Assembly: GCA_964539135.1 (NCBI GenBank)
Contig: CAZIFG010000002.1
Span: 55,938 to 119,937, forward strand
Direction of reading: 5' to 3'
Length of the DNA: 64,000 nt
Source of the DNA: an uncultured Rickettsiales bacterium
GTDB taxonomy: Bacteria > Margulisbacteria > Marinamargulisbacteria > GCA-2716485 > CAZIFG01
Under the pieces are notes generated by a model. It saw nothing but the letters and a program-made list of their open reading frames with translations. It was not told the DNA's origin and did no database searches. Below are positions 1 through 11,228 of the stretch, piece after piece. The first letter of the stretch is position 1. The number at the start of each line of letters is the position of its first letter. The translations under genes and the position numbers were made by a program.

Positions 1-480
1 GCCCTACAAGTGGATGCCGATGGCCAGCACAATGTTACCGATATTCCCCGATTTTTAGCCCATTCTGCCGACAATCCAGACGCACTCATTGCGGGATACC
101 CTCAATATAATGAGAGTGTGCCAAGTGCAAGGAAGTGGGGGCATAGCTTTACAAATTTTTGGGTGTGTTTGGAAACGCTTTCTGGAGATATCAAGGATGT
201 CATGTGTGGGTTTAGAGTCTATCCGCTTAAAACAATAGGCCCTGTATTGCAGACATCTGGAATGGCAAAGCGTATGGGATTTGATGTGGAAATCATGGTT
301 CGGGCCTATTGGGAAGGCATTCCGATTATGAATATCCCCACGCAAGTGATTTATCCTGAAAATGGCATCTCTCATTTTAGAGTGATTCGAGATAATATTG
401 AAATTTCATGGGTGCACACCCGCTTATGTATCGGGATGATCCTAAGACTCCCTGTATTGATTTTTAGAAAGCTGTGTTAG
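1..480 (+). CDS. Glycosyltransferase family 2, C-terminal part (5' end outside window)
   Basis: DADGQH (DxD) motif, D..CGFRVYP and FDVEIMVRA motifs typical of GT2; the true start probably lies upstream of the window. Confidence 0.8.
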   Translation, partial: ALQVDADGQHNVTDIPRFLAHSADNPDALIAGYPQYNESVPSARKWGHSFTNFWVCLETLSGDIKDVMCGFRVYPLKTIGPVLQTSGMAKRMGFDVEIMVRAYWEGIPIMNIPTQVIYPENGISHFRVIRDNIEISWVHTRLCIGMILRLPVLIFRKLC

Positions 481-489
481 GATAAAACC

Positions 490-1746
490 ATGAGATCCCA
501 CATAAATAAACGACATATAAGTTTGAGCCTGATTGCCATGCTAATAATAGGGAGTGTGAGTGGTGGGTATTTTTATTTTAAAAATACAACGAAGACTGCG
601 GCCTTGGAACTTAAAGCCGAAGAGGCGGAAAAAACAAGCGCAGCGCCAACACCAAATGCCCTAAAAAACGCGGAAAAAACCGAAGGCGAAACAAAAGGCC
701 GCCTAGAACCAGATTTTCCAGTGGTACATATTAAAACGCCGAAAGCAGTAAAAGGGATTTATATCAGCAGTTGGGTAGGCGGTACGAAGCAGTGGCGAAA
801 CAGACTGATAGACTTTGCGGTCAAAAATAATATCAATACAGTGGTCATCGATATTAAAGATTACACAGGCTATATCAGTTTCAGAACCGGAGATCCTAAA
901 ATCGAGGCCTTAGAGACAGAATCCAAACGCATTCCAGATATTAAGGCCTGGATCCATGAGTTACACAGTAAAAATATCTATGTCGTGGGTCGAATTTCAG
1001 TGTTTCAAGATCCTTTATATACAAAATTATTTCCAGAAGCTGCCATTCAGACCAAAACAGGGGAAACTTGGAAAGATCGAAAAGGACTCTCTTTTGTAAA
1101 TCCAAATAATAAAGCCTTTTGGGACTATATTGTGGCCATTAGTAGGGCATCAGAAAAAGCGGGCTTTGACGAACTTAATTTTGATTACATACGCTTCCCT
1201 ACAGATGGCAATATGAGTGTGGTTCAAGATATTTTGCCACCAAAAAATAGCATTACAACCAAAAATATGAGCATCAAAGCACAAGTGACCGAACATTTTT
1301 TCAAGCATTTAAATGAATCGCTAAAGCCCTTAAATATTCCCATATCAGCCGATATTTTTGGCATGGTTGTAATCAATGAAAGTGATATTGGCATTGGCCA
1401 ACAGCTGGAAATGATTGCCAAATACTTTGATTATATTTGCCCCATGATTTATCCCTCTCATTATCCAAAAGGATTTATTGGCCTGGCGAATCCAGCGGCA
1501 CACCCCTACAAAGTCATTCACCACTCCATGACATTTGGAAAACAGCGCATCGGCACAGAAAAATTTAGGCCCTGGATACAAGGCTTTAATTTAGGTGCCA
1601 ACTATACCCCCGAGTTAATGAGAGATCAAAAAAAAGCATTATACGATTTGGGCATAAACGATTGGTTGGTTTGGGATCCGGGGAATAAATATCATAATGC
1701 CGAGCACGAGCCTCAAGAGGACAAGATCGCGGTTGCTTCAGAGTAG
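490..1746 (+). CDS. Putative glycoside hydrolase (DUF4015 / TIM-barrel type) with N-terminal membrane anchor
   Basis: N-terminal TM helix; KGIYIS, NTVVIDIKD, GFDELNFDYIRFP, DYICPMIYPSHY and RPWIQGF motifs. Confidence 0.8.
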   Translation: MRSHINKRHISLSLIAMLIIGSVSGGYFYFKNTTKTAALELKAEEAEKTSAAPTPNALKNAEKTEGETKGRLEPDFPVVHIKTPKAVKGIYISSWVGGTKQWRNRLIDFAVKNNINTVVIDIKDYTGYISFRTGDPKIEALETESKRIPDIKAWIHELHSKNIYVVGRISVFQDPLYTKLFPEAAIQTKTGETWKDRKGLSFVNPNNKAFWDYIVAISRASEKAGFDELNFDYIRFPTDGNMSVVQDILPPKNSITTKNMSIKAQVTEHFFKHLNESLKPLNIPISADIFGMVVINESDIGIGQQLEMIAKYFDYICPMIYPSHYPKGFIGLANPAAHPYKVIHHSMTFGKQRIGTEKFRPWIQGFNLGANYTPELMRDQKKALYDLGINDWLVWDPGNKYHNAEHEPQEDKIAVASE

Positions 1747-1761
1747 ACGGTTTAAACAAAA

Positions 1762-2892
1762 ATGGCAGGGTTAAGCCAGGAGAATAAGTTACGAGATGCC
1801 TTTAACCCAGAGGGGGTGGCTCGGTTGGGATCGGCACTTCAATCAGTGTGGTCAGCCTTTCCTTTGGAGGCCTTTCAAAAAGAGGCCTTAAAAGGGTTGG
1901 AGGCATTAAGCTTTGGAGAAAGAAAGAATCAAATTTGTAAGGCCTTGGAATCAAGTTTGCCTCAAGACTTTCAAGAGGCAGTGTCTATTTTATGTCAAGC
2001 TTTGGGACCAGAACTGGACAACTCAGGCATCACGAGCTGGGAAGGCTTTATGATCCTGCCTCAAACTTTGTATGTCAGCAGGCGAGGTCAGGAGCATCTA
2101 GACCTATCCATGAAGGCCCTCTACGAAATGACCAAGCGATTCACAGCAGAATGGGACATTAGACCCTTTATTGAGAAACATGAAAATAGGGTCATGGATT
2201 TACTTCATAAATGGGCAGTGGATCCGAATCCCCATGTGCGCCGTTTGGTATCCGAGGGGACGAGACCTAGATTACCCTTAGGGAGTCGCTTAAAGCGCTT
2301 TCAAGAAAATCCAGATCCCAATTTTGAGTTATTGGAAAAATTAAAAGCAGATGAAAGCCCGTATGTGTTACGGTCAGTAGCCAATCACTTAAATGACATT
2401 TCAAAGGATCATCCAGAGCGTGTGATTACCTGTTTAAAGGCCTGGAAAGAGAGTGAAAATCCAGGCACTCAATGGGCGATTCGGCATGCTGCACGCGGAT
2501 TGATTAAACAGGGAAATAGCAAAGCCTTGGCACTTTTTGGTTATGATTCAGACCCTGAGATAGGGATTCATGCGGATCTAGATAAATCAGATATTGTAGA
2601 AGGGGAATCGATTGTATTAAGGGTAAACATAGAGTCAAAGTCAAAAAGATCTCAAGTACTTTTAATCGATTATGTGATTTTCTTTCAAAAGTCCAATCAA
2701 ACACTGGCACCCAAAGTATTTAAATGGATGAAACAAACACTACAACCGGGGGAAACGCGCCACTTAAAAAAGATCCAAGAGATGAAAACCCTAAGTACCC
2801 GAAAATTATATCCAGGAGAACATCGTATCGAAATCCAAATCAATGGACAACGATTCTGTAATATAAAATTTAATATAAAAAATATAATTTAA
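1762..2892 (+). CDS. DNA alkylation repair protein (AlkD-like HEAT repeat)
   Basis: T.RFTAEWDIRPF, HVRRLVSEGTRPRLP and YV.RSVANHLNDISKDHP motifs; C-terminal IDYVI.F.K domain. Confidence 0.85.
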   Translation: MAGLSQENKLRDAFNPEGVARLGSALQSVWSAFPLEAFQKEALKGLEALSFGERKNQICKALESSLPQDFQEAVSILCQALGPELDNSGITSWEGFMILPQTLYVSRRGQEHLDLSMKALYEMTKRFTAEWDIRPFIEKHENRVMDLLHKWAVDPNPHVRRLVSEGTRPRLPLGSRLKRFQENPDPNFELLEKLKADESPYVLRSVANHLNDISKDHPERVITCLKAWKESENPGTQWAIRHAARGLIKQGNSKALALFGYDSDPEIGIHADLDKSDIVEGESIVLRVNIESKSKRSQVLLIDYVIFFQKSNQTLAPKVFKWMKQTLQPGETRHLKKIQEMKTLSTRKLYPGEHRIEIQINGQRFCNIKFNIKNII

Positions 2893-2908
2893 AAAATATA
2901 AAAAATAG

Positions 2909-2916
2909 TGTATAAT
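2909..2916 (+). promoter_or_regulatory. Extended -10 promoter (TGTATAAT) for the orphan ORF at 2951
   Basis: TG-TATAAT in an AT-rich spacer about 35 nt upstream of the ATG. Confidence 0.5.
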
Positions 2917-2950
2917 GAATTAAAAATAATTAATTGAAAGGATTTTTTAT

Positions 2951-3247
2951 ATGAAAAAAATAGTACCGATAGGCATAGGAAGTGTTAGCAGTCTAGATAA
3001 AGGTGTCAGTCCGGCATCCTTCATAGAAGGAGAGTTAGCGCTTGTATCACTAAAGAAGTGTCAGCGAGGAAACACTCCCTCAGAGGAAAGACAGCAACAG
3101 GAATTTGACGCACGTAGACGCGAATACGCAATGAACGGATATGAATTAAAAAGAGGGGCCCTTGCAGGAGATTCAGACGGAGAGAGTGAACCTGACTCTA
3201 TGTACGATAGAGTAAAACGTAGAAGAGAAGGGGATATGAAGGTTTAA
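2951..3247 (+). CDS. Small orphan protein (98 aa) with acidic patch and KRRR motif
   Basis: Own promoter and GAAAGGA RBS; stop overlaps the stop of the convergent ABC transporter (TTAA). Confidence 0.6.
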   Translation: MKKIVPIGIGSVSSLDKGVSPASFIEGELALVSLKKCQRGNTPSEERQQQEFDARRREYAMNGYELKRGALAGDSDGESEPDSMYDRVKRRREGDMKV

Positions 3248-5019
3248 TTTTTTTGCTGCTTGTCCCACATGCCAGCATAGAGGCCATTAAGGGCCATCAG
3301 TTCGTCATGAGTGCCTTGTTCTGCAACCTGGCCTTGATCCAGAACAAGGATAGCATCGGCATTCACAATCGTAGATAAACGGTGGGCAATAATAAGTGTC
3401 GTTTTATTTTGAGCCACATTAAAAATTTCATTTTGAATGTCTTTTTCAGTATGGATATCCAAGGCCGAAGTGGCTTCATCAAAAATTAAGAGTGAGGGAT
3501 TCTTTAAAATAACCCGAGCAATGGCAACCCGTTGTTTTTCACCGCCGGAGAGTTTGAGCCCTCTTTCTCCCACACGAGTTTGGTAGCCCTCAGGAAGGGT
3601 TTCAATAAAGGCATGAATTTGAGCCAACCGAGCAGCTTGGTAAACCTCTTCGGCGGAAGCAGAGGGCCTGCCATACTGAATATTATAAAAAATACTGTCA
3701 TTAAAAAGAACGCTATCTTGAGGCACAATGCCAATAGCGGCACGTAGAGAGTGTTGAGACACCTCTCGAATGTCATGGCCATCAATGGTAATTTTTCCCT
3801 GTGTCACATCATAAAAGCGGTATAAAAGGCGAGATAAAGTAGATTTACCAGCACCACTAGCGCCTACAACAGCGACCATTTTTCCTGCCGGAATCGTAAA
3901 AGAAATGCCTTTTAAAATGGGGACTCTTTCGTCATAAGAAAAGGCGACATTTTCAAAGGAAACGGTGCCGTATTGAACATTAAGAGAGGGGGCCTGTGGG
4001 ATATCCTTAACTTCAGCCTGAACAGATCTGAGCTTATTCATATTTTCCATATCAATGAGGGATTGCTTGAGTAAGCGATACATGTACCCTAAAAAGTGAA
4101 GGGGCACATAAAGTTGGGTTAAAAAGGTATTCACAAGCACAAAATCCCCAATCGTCATGCGATGCGCAACAATTTCTTGAGCCGATAAAACCATAACGGC
4201 AGCAAGTCCCAGAGCAATAATAGTCCCTTGGCCTAAGTTGAGTACCATCAAGCTGCGTTGACTTTTAATACTGGCATTTTGATATCGAATGAGTAAGGTA
4301 TCAAAACGATCCACTTCAAGGGTTTCATTGCCAAAATATTTAACCGTTTCATAGTTTAAAAGACTATCTACCGCTTTACCGGAGGCATCACTTTCAGCCT
4401 CATTCATAACGCGCCGAAACGAGTCTCTCCAGTTTGTGATCACCAATGTAAACGCAATATAAAGAACCAGTGTGATAAAGGTAATAATAGAAAAGAGTGG
4501 ATTATATTTTTGAAGTAAAACACCACAAACAAAGACAATTTCAATGAGGGTAGGAACAATATTAAAGAGTAAGAAGGACATGATATTTTCAATGCCCAAG
4601 GCGCCCTTTTCAATGGCACGAGACACACTGCCGGTGCGTCGATCTAAATGAAAACGAAGGGATAAAGAATGCAAGTGCTCAAAAGTTTCTCGAGAGGCTT
4701 GTCTGACCGCATGAAAGGTCACGTGTCCAAAAACAAAATCTCGAATTTCAGAAAGAAGTTGTGCTAAAACCCGCGCAACACAATAGCTTAAAATGATAAA
4801 GATAGGAGCGGCAACCAAGGCCTGAGTGTTAGACAGTTGATCAATAGAGGCCTTGTATAAAAAAGGAAGATAAACAGAGACCCCTTTAGCCGCAAGTAAA
4901 AGAATAAAAGCGGTGACCACTCTTAATTTTAAATCCAGCCTATTTTGAGGCCAGAAATAAGATGAAAAAGCGGTCTTAAAAGAGGTCTCTCTAGAGAGGT
5001 AGGGCTCTGTTTCTTTCAC
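3244..5019 (-). CDS. ABCB half-transporter, ATM1/HMT1 family (TMD+NBD)
   Basis: GASGAGKS Walker A, LSGGEKQR signature, LLIFDEATSALD, FH.DR.TG and SLLNYETVKYF ATM1 motifs; GTG start abuts the atpC stop. Confidence 0.92.
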   Translation of the reverse strand: MKETEPYLSRETSFKTAFSSYFWPQNRLDLKLRVVTAFILLLAAKGVSVYLPFLYKASIDQLSNTQALVAAPIFIILSYCVARVLAQLLSEIRDFVFGHVTFHAVRQASRETFEHLHSLSLRFHLDRRTGSVSRAIEKGALGIENIMSFLLFNIVPTLIEIVFVCGVLLQKYNPLFSIITFITLVLYIAFTLVITNWRDSFRRVMNEAESDASGKAVDSLLNYETVKYFGNETLEVDRFDTLLIRYQNASIKSQRSLMVLNLGQGTIIALGLAAVMVLSAQEIVAHRMTIGDFVLVNTFLTQLYVPLHFLGYMYRLLKQSLIDMENMNKLRSVQAEVKDIPQAPSLNVQYGTVSFENVAFSYDERVPILKGISFTIPAGKMVAVVGASGAGKSTLSRLLYRFYDVTQGKITIDGHDIREVSQHSLRAAIGIVPQDSVLFNDSIFYNIQYGRPSASAEEVYQAARLAQIHAFIETLPEGYQTRVGERGLKLSGGEKQRVAIARVILKNPSLLIFDEATSALDIHTEKDIQNEIFNVAQNKTTLIIAHRLSTIVNADAILVLDQGQVAEQGTHDELMALNGLYAGMWDKQQKN

Positions 5020-6673
<1,654 letters not shown>

Positions 6674-7552
6674 CTATTTTTGTAGTGCTTTGAAGGTGCT
6701 GATAATTTCAGCAATTTCTTGTGTAATTTGACGTTGCCGCTCTTTGTTTAACTCTAAAGTAAGTTCTTCTGTTAATGATTTTGTGTTATCAACAGCACTT
6801 TTCATGAGCATGAATCGTTGTCCAAACTCGGAGCTAGAGGAGCTTCTGACCGCATGAAACGTTTTCAGTAAATAAAAATATTCCTTCATTTTTGACTCAA
6901 CAGCATCTTTACTGGGCTCCAAAAAGTGGGGCGTTTGTAAAGGCGCTAAGGCATCGGCTAAATGAAGTTCTGAAGGAAGGGCGGGATAGAGCTGCTCACA
7001 GACCAAAGATTGGGTAATAATCGATTTAAACTCAAAATAAACACGGTAGACTTTTCGGCCTTCTTGAATATAAGACGAGACTTTCTGCCAGAGTAAGGCC
7101 AAATCATCAGGAAAAAAGGTATCTTTTTCAGGGTATAGATAATCAATTTTTGAGGGGTCATAATGTTTCATCATGCCTTCAGCGCGTTTACCAATACAGA
7201 GTTTGTCAACCGTATTAAAGTCAAATCCCATACCTTCAATTTTATCGATAGAGAATTTCAGCACATCGGTATTAAAGGAGCCGCAAAAGCCACGATTGGA
7301 AAAATTAAGGATAAACACAGGGGGTAGTGACGTATTCAGCGGGGGATTAAAAATTTGATCCGCCAAACGGCCATTTTCAGAGCACAAATATCCCAAAATC
7401 TTTTGAATTTGTTCAAGCGTAGCCTTACTTTTAGAAAGCTGATCATTAATCTTTTTAAGACGACTAATAGTTACAATCTGCATCGCATATGTAATGTTAT
7501 GGATGCCTTTGACGCCCTCAATTCGTGTTTTAATTTCGTAAACAGCTGGCAT
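6674..7552 (-). CDS. atpG: F1 ATP synthase gamma subunit
   Basis: NRGFCGSFN motif, C-terminal NKERQRQITQEIAEII; position in operon. Confidence 0.93.
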   Translation of the reverse strand: MPAVYEIKTRIEGVKGIHNITYAMQIVTISRLKKINDQLSKSKATLEQIQKILGYLCSENGRLADQIFNPPLNTSLPPVFILNFSNRGFCGSFNTDVLKFSIDKIEGMGFDFNTVDKLCIGKRAEGMMKHYDPSKIDYLYPEKDTFFPDDLALLWQKVSSYIQEGRKVYRVYFEFKSIITQSLVCEQLYPALPSELHLADALAPLQTPHFLEPSKDAVESKMKEYFYLLKTFHAVRSSSSSEFGQRFMLMKSAVDNTKSLTEELTLELNKERQRQITQEIAEIISTFKALQK

Positions 7553-7554
7553 AG

Positions 7555-9045
7555 TTAACCTACAATACTCACAATTTTAGCTTTAAGTTTTTCTTCAAGT
7601 TCTTTAGATAACTTTTTACTGTCTCTAATTTCTGTCAAAATTTCAGGATTTTGCGTGCGAATACTGTCCAATACCTTTTTCTCAAAGGATTTAATGGTAC
7701 TCACTTCCAAATGCTCCAGAAGACCAGATACTGCCAAATAAATACTGACAACTTGCTCTTCAACGGGCATAGTCGCATTTTTATCTTGTTTCAAAATTTC
7801 AACCAAGATAAGACCACGTTTCAGCTGTTTCTGTGTTTCTGCATCTAACTCAGATGCGAAGGCTGTAAACGATTCTTTTTCTCTAAATCGAGCCAGATCC
7901 AGTCTTAAGCGACCTGAAAGTTTTCGAATGGCTTCAATTTGAGCACTTCCACCCACCCGAGATACAGAAATACCAGCGTTAATCGCAGGTTTGAACCCAG
8001 AGTTAAAAAGAGCCGTTTGTAAGAAAATCTGACCATCCGTAATTGAAATAACGTTGGTAGGGACGTATGTAGAAACGTCACCTTTTTGGGTCTCAATAAC
8101 AGGGAGAGACGTAATAGAGCCACCGCCCAATTCCTGAGACAAACGAGCAGAGCGCTCAAGAAGACGAGCATGAAGATAGAAAATATCGCCAGGAAACGCT
8201 TCTCGACCTGGAGGTCTTTTAAGAAGAAGGGAGATCATTCGGTAAGCATTCGCATGTTTGGTAAGGTCATCATAAACAATGAGAACATCTTTACCGGCGT
8301 ACATAAATTCCTCAGCCATGGCCGTTCCAGAGAAAGGCGCCAAGAACTGCATCGCAGCAGGATCATCCGCAGAGGCATCTACAATAATGGTGTAACTTAA
8401 AGCCCCATTTTTTTCGAGCATATCTTGAACTTCCACAATGGAGGCAGATTTTTTGCCGATAGCGACATAAATACAAAGTACACCACTGTTTTTTTGGTTA
8501 ATAATAGTGTCCAAAGCCAGGGTTGATTTTCCAGTCTGTCTATCGCCAATAATCAACTCACGTTGTCCACGGCCGATGGGAATCAAGGCATCCACAACTT
8601 TATATCCGGTTTGAAGGGGAACTTTTACAGGCGTTCTATCAATAACGCCAGGAACTTTGGCTTCTACAGGACGAAATTGAGTACAGTTAATGGGACCTTT
8701 ACCATCTATAGGTTCGCCCAAGGCATTCACAACACGCCCTAAAAGCGCATTACCGACAGGAACTTCCATGATTTTACCTGTACATTTCGCCCAGGCTCCT
8801 GTACTAACAGATGTTTTTTTATCCAAAACAATAACAACAACTTCATCGTATTCTAGGTTGAAAACAATACCAAAAATGGAATTGGGAAACTCGATCATTT
8901 CACCCAACATGGCATTGGGAAGTCCCCCAATACGCAAGATACCATCGGCACTTTCAATAACAAGACCCACTTCATCAGCTTCTACTTTAAATTGGTAGCC
9001 TTCCAAGCGATCCTTAATAAATGTTGAGACTTTTTCTAATTCCAT
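7555..9045 (-). CDS. atpA: F1 ATP synthase alpha subunit
   Basis: GRGQRELIIGDRQTGKS, RPPGREAFPGD, PTNVISITDGQ and SVSRVGG motifs. Confidence 0.97.
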   Translation of the reverse strand: MELEKVSTFIKDRLEGYQFKVEADEVGLVIESADGILRIGGLPNAMLGEMIEFPNSIFGIVFNLEYDEVVVIVLDKKTSVSTGAWAKCTGKIMEVPVGNALLGRVVNALGEPIDGKGPINCTQFRPVEAKVPGVIDRTPVKVPLQTGYKVVDALIPIGRGQRELIIGDRQTGKSTLALDTIINQKNSGVLCIYVAIGKKSASIVEVQDMLEKNGALSYTIIVDASADDPAAMQFLAPFSGTAMAEEFMYAGKDVLIVYDDLTKHANAYRMISLLLKRPPGREAFPGDIFYLHARLLERSARLSQELGGGSITSLPVIETQKGDVSTYVPTNVISITDGQIFLQTALFNSGFKPAINAGISVSRVGGSAQIEAIRKLSGRLRLDLARFREKESFTAFASELDAETQKQLKRGLILVEILKQDKNATMPVEEQVVSIYLAVSGLLEHLEVSTIKSFEKKVLDSIRTQNPEILTEIRDSKKLSKELEEKLKAKIVSIVG

Positions 9046-9046
9046 T

Positions 9047-9586
9047 TTAGTTTCTCTCCCTCAAATAATGATTAACGTTAGATAGTAAGCGATCATACGA
9101 ATAGTCGTAGACCTTACCGCCGGGCAATTTAACAACGATACCCGCGATTAACTCTGGATTGACAGAGGTGGTTAGTATGATTTTTTGATTAAAAATAAGC
9201 TTAAGCTGTTCAATAAGTCCAGTCTCAAATGAGGGAGACAGGTCAATCGCAGTTTCAACATGAACCAGCAATGTGCGGTGTGCCTCGCTAAGACAGGTAT
9301 TAATTTTATCAGAAACCCCAGATAATGAGGTAATTTGATTGGATTGGATTAAGAGTTCAAAAACGGTATCAAAAAGGGGGGATGGCATCAATCCAGGAAG
9401 CTCTTTAACGAGAGCAAGTTTTTCTTTTGCATCCAGTCGTTTATGGGTTAAGAGTTCCCTAAACTCATTGTTTTTTTGAAACAATGAGGATAGCGAGAAA
9501 AGATTCCTCGCTATCGCTTCCGTTTGTCCGCTCGCTTCAGATTGGCTGCAGATCTTATCAAAGTCAATGGACACTGTGGTTTTCAT
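9047..9586 (-). CDS. atpH: ATP synthase delta subunit
   Basis: Lies between atpF and atpA; C-terminal VNPELIAGIVVK...YDYS motif. Confidence 0.85.
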   Translation of the reverse strand: MKTTVSIDFDKICSQSEASGQTEAIARNLFSLSSLFQKNNEFRELLTHKRLDAKEKLALVKELPGLMPSPLFDTVFELLIQSNQITSLSGVSDKINTCLSEAHRTLLVHVETAIDLSPSFETGLIEQLKLIFNQKIILTTSVNPELIAGIVVKLPGGKVYDYSYDRLLSNVNHYLRERN

Positions 9587-10077
9587 GAGTTAGAAAGAGC
9601 CCTCATGTCTTCAAGACTTTTTTGAATCAGCGCTTCATGATCACGTGTTGTCAATTCTTTTTGAAAGACTTTTTTCAGGGTGAGCGTAATAATATCAGAC
9701 GCATTCGCATATACATCTTCCAATAATTTTTTACGCTCATAAGAGGCCTCTTGTTTAAGACCATCTAAGACCTGTTGTTTTTCCTGAAGCAGCTTGGCCA
9801 ATTCATTTTTCTTGATCTCTTCTTTTTCTTGTCTGGCTTCGTCCAATATTTTTCTGGATTCAGTATGAATATCCGCAAGCTTCGCTTGATACTCAAGCAT
9901 TAATCGTTTACTTTCAGCTGTAGATTCTGCCAGTTCTTTGATTAAAGATTCACGTTTTGCGTCTTCTGTTTCAACAATGTCAAAAAAAGAAGGGAGTGCA
10001 AATTTGTAAATCAAACCTAAAAGAATAATAAAATTAATGAGTGTCCAGAAAAAAATCCCTGACGAAAATTCAAACAT
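9583..10077 (-). CDS. atpF: Fo subunit b
   Basis: N-terminal FWTLINFIIL TM helix followed by coiled coil; operon position. Confidence 0.88.
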   Translation of the reverse strand: MFEFSSGIFFWTLINFIILLGLIYKFALPSFFDIVETEDAKRESLIKELAESTAESKRLMLEYQAKLADIHTESRKILDEARQEKEEIKKNELAKLLQEKQQVLDGLKQEASYERKKLLEDVYANASDIITLTLKKVFQKELTTRDHEALIQKSLEDMRALSNS

Positions 10078-10099
10078 AAACCAGTATCCTTATTTTAAA

Positions 10100-10321
10100 T
10101 TAGTTAGATGATACAAGTAAGAATGAAATAACAAGCGCGTAAAGTGCAATCGCCTCAATAAACGCAAAACCGATAAACATCAAAACGCGGAAAGCGCCTA
10201 ATAAATCGGGTTGTCTTACGATAGAATCTAGCGTTTTAAAGTAAACAATGGCCAGTGAAAAACTCACGCCCAAAGCTGCTAATCCTATTGCTAATGCCGC
10301 CCCTAATCCTGAAAGTTCCAT
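10100..10321 (-). CDS. atpE: Fo subunit c
   Basis: Two TM helices, RQP loop, ion-binding Glu in FIEAIALY. Confidence 0.92.
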   Translation of the reverse strand: MELSGLGAALAIGLAALGVSFSLAIVYFKTLDSIVRQPDLLGAFRVLMFIGFAFIEAIALYALVISFLLVSSN

Positions 10322-10412
10322 TAAAATTTCCTCCTCAAATTATTTTTTTTTTTAACGTTCTGTTTTTATATCGTATTTGACGATGAACCGTCAATAGATG
10401 AATTCTTAAATT

Positions 10413-11114
10413 TTAGTGAGAGTCGCCAACAGCTTCTCGAATATAAAAAGCCGTGAGATATACAAAAATAAAAGATTGAATAAAAGCAACAAAAATTTCA
10501 AACATAGAAATGGCCATCACACCTGCGAAGGGGAGGAACTTAATAAAAGGGGTTGCCATAATCGTGAGAGTACAAAAAATGGTTAATACTTTATGACCCG
10601 CAAGCATATTGGCAAAAAGTCGAAGGCAAAGCGAAAAAGGTCTGGCCAATTGGCTGACAATTTCAAGCGGCACAAAAAAGGGAATCATGACCTTAGGGAT
10701 GCCGCCGGGTACAAAGTGGTTGGCATAGTGGAAGCCATGAACCCGAATGCCAGAGGCAATGGAAATAACAAAGACAAGGATAGACATCGCAGCTGTGAAA
10801 TTGATATTTCCAGAGGGAGATTCAGAGCCGGGGATGAGTCCAGATAAATTATTAAAAAGAACGAAAAGATAAAGTGTAATTAAAAAAGAAAAAATAAGCC
10901 GATTGGTTTTTTTAAATCCATCCCCAAAGGAGCTGGTGATAAAGGTATAGAGATAGCGTTGGATTTGACGCAATCGCGGACTCTTGTTGGCCAGTAAGAG
11001 CAAGACAAAGATGGTCAATCCTGTGCCCCACATCACAACGACGGGTAAGGTAATAGACAAATCAATCCCTTGAACATGCAAGGGGTATAGGGGTTCTAGG
11101 TGTTCTGCAGACAT
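10413..11114 (-). CDS. atpB: Fo subunit a
   Basis: SLCLRLFANMLAGH with the essential Arg; EIFVAFIQSFIF..LT motif. Confidence 0.93.
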   Translation of the reverse strand: MSAEHLEPLYPLHVQGIDLSITLPVVVMWGTGLTIFVLLLLANKSPRLRQIQRYLYTFITSSFGDGFKKTNRLIFSFLITLYLFVLFNNLSGLIPGSESPSGNINFTAAMSILVFVISIASGIRVHGFHYANHFVPGGIPKVMIPFFVPLEIVSQLARPFSLCLRLFANMLAGHKVLTIFCTLTIMATPFIKFLPFAGVMAISMFEIFVAFIQSFIFVYLTAFYIREAVGDSH

Positions 11115-11228
11115 AGTTAATCCTCGGTTAATAAATTTATGCGGTCATTCTAACGCAGACAAAGACTTTATGTCGAGTAGGGGGGTAGAAAATGTTTAAA
11201 AAAGCGAGGAAGGGGTAATTATAAAGAT

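Noticed and set aside
10343-10353. T11 tract upstream of atpE as a phase-variation site
   Set aside because: Intergenic A/T run in an AT-rich genome, next to an essential-type gene and outside the RBS spacer.
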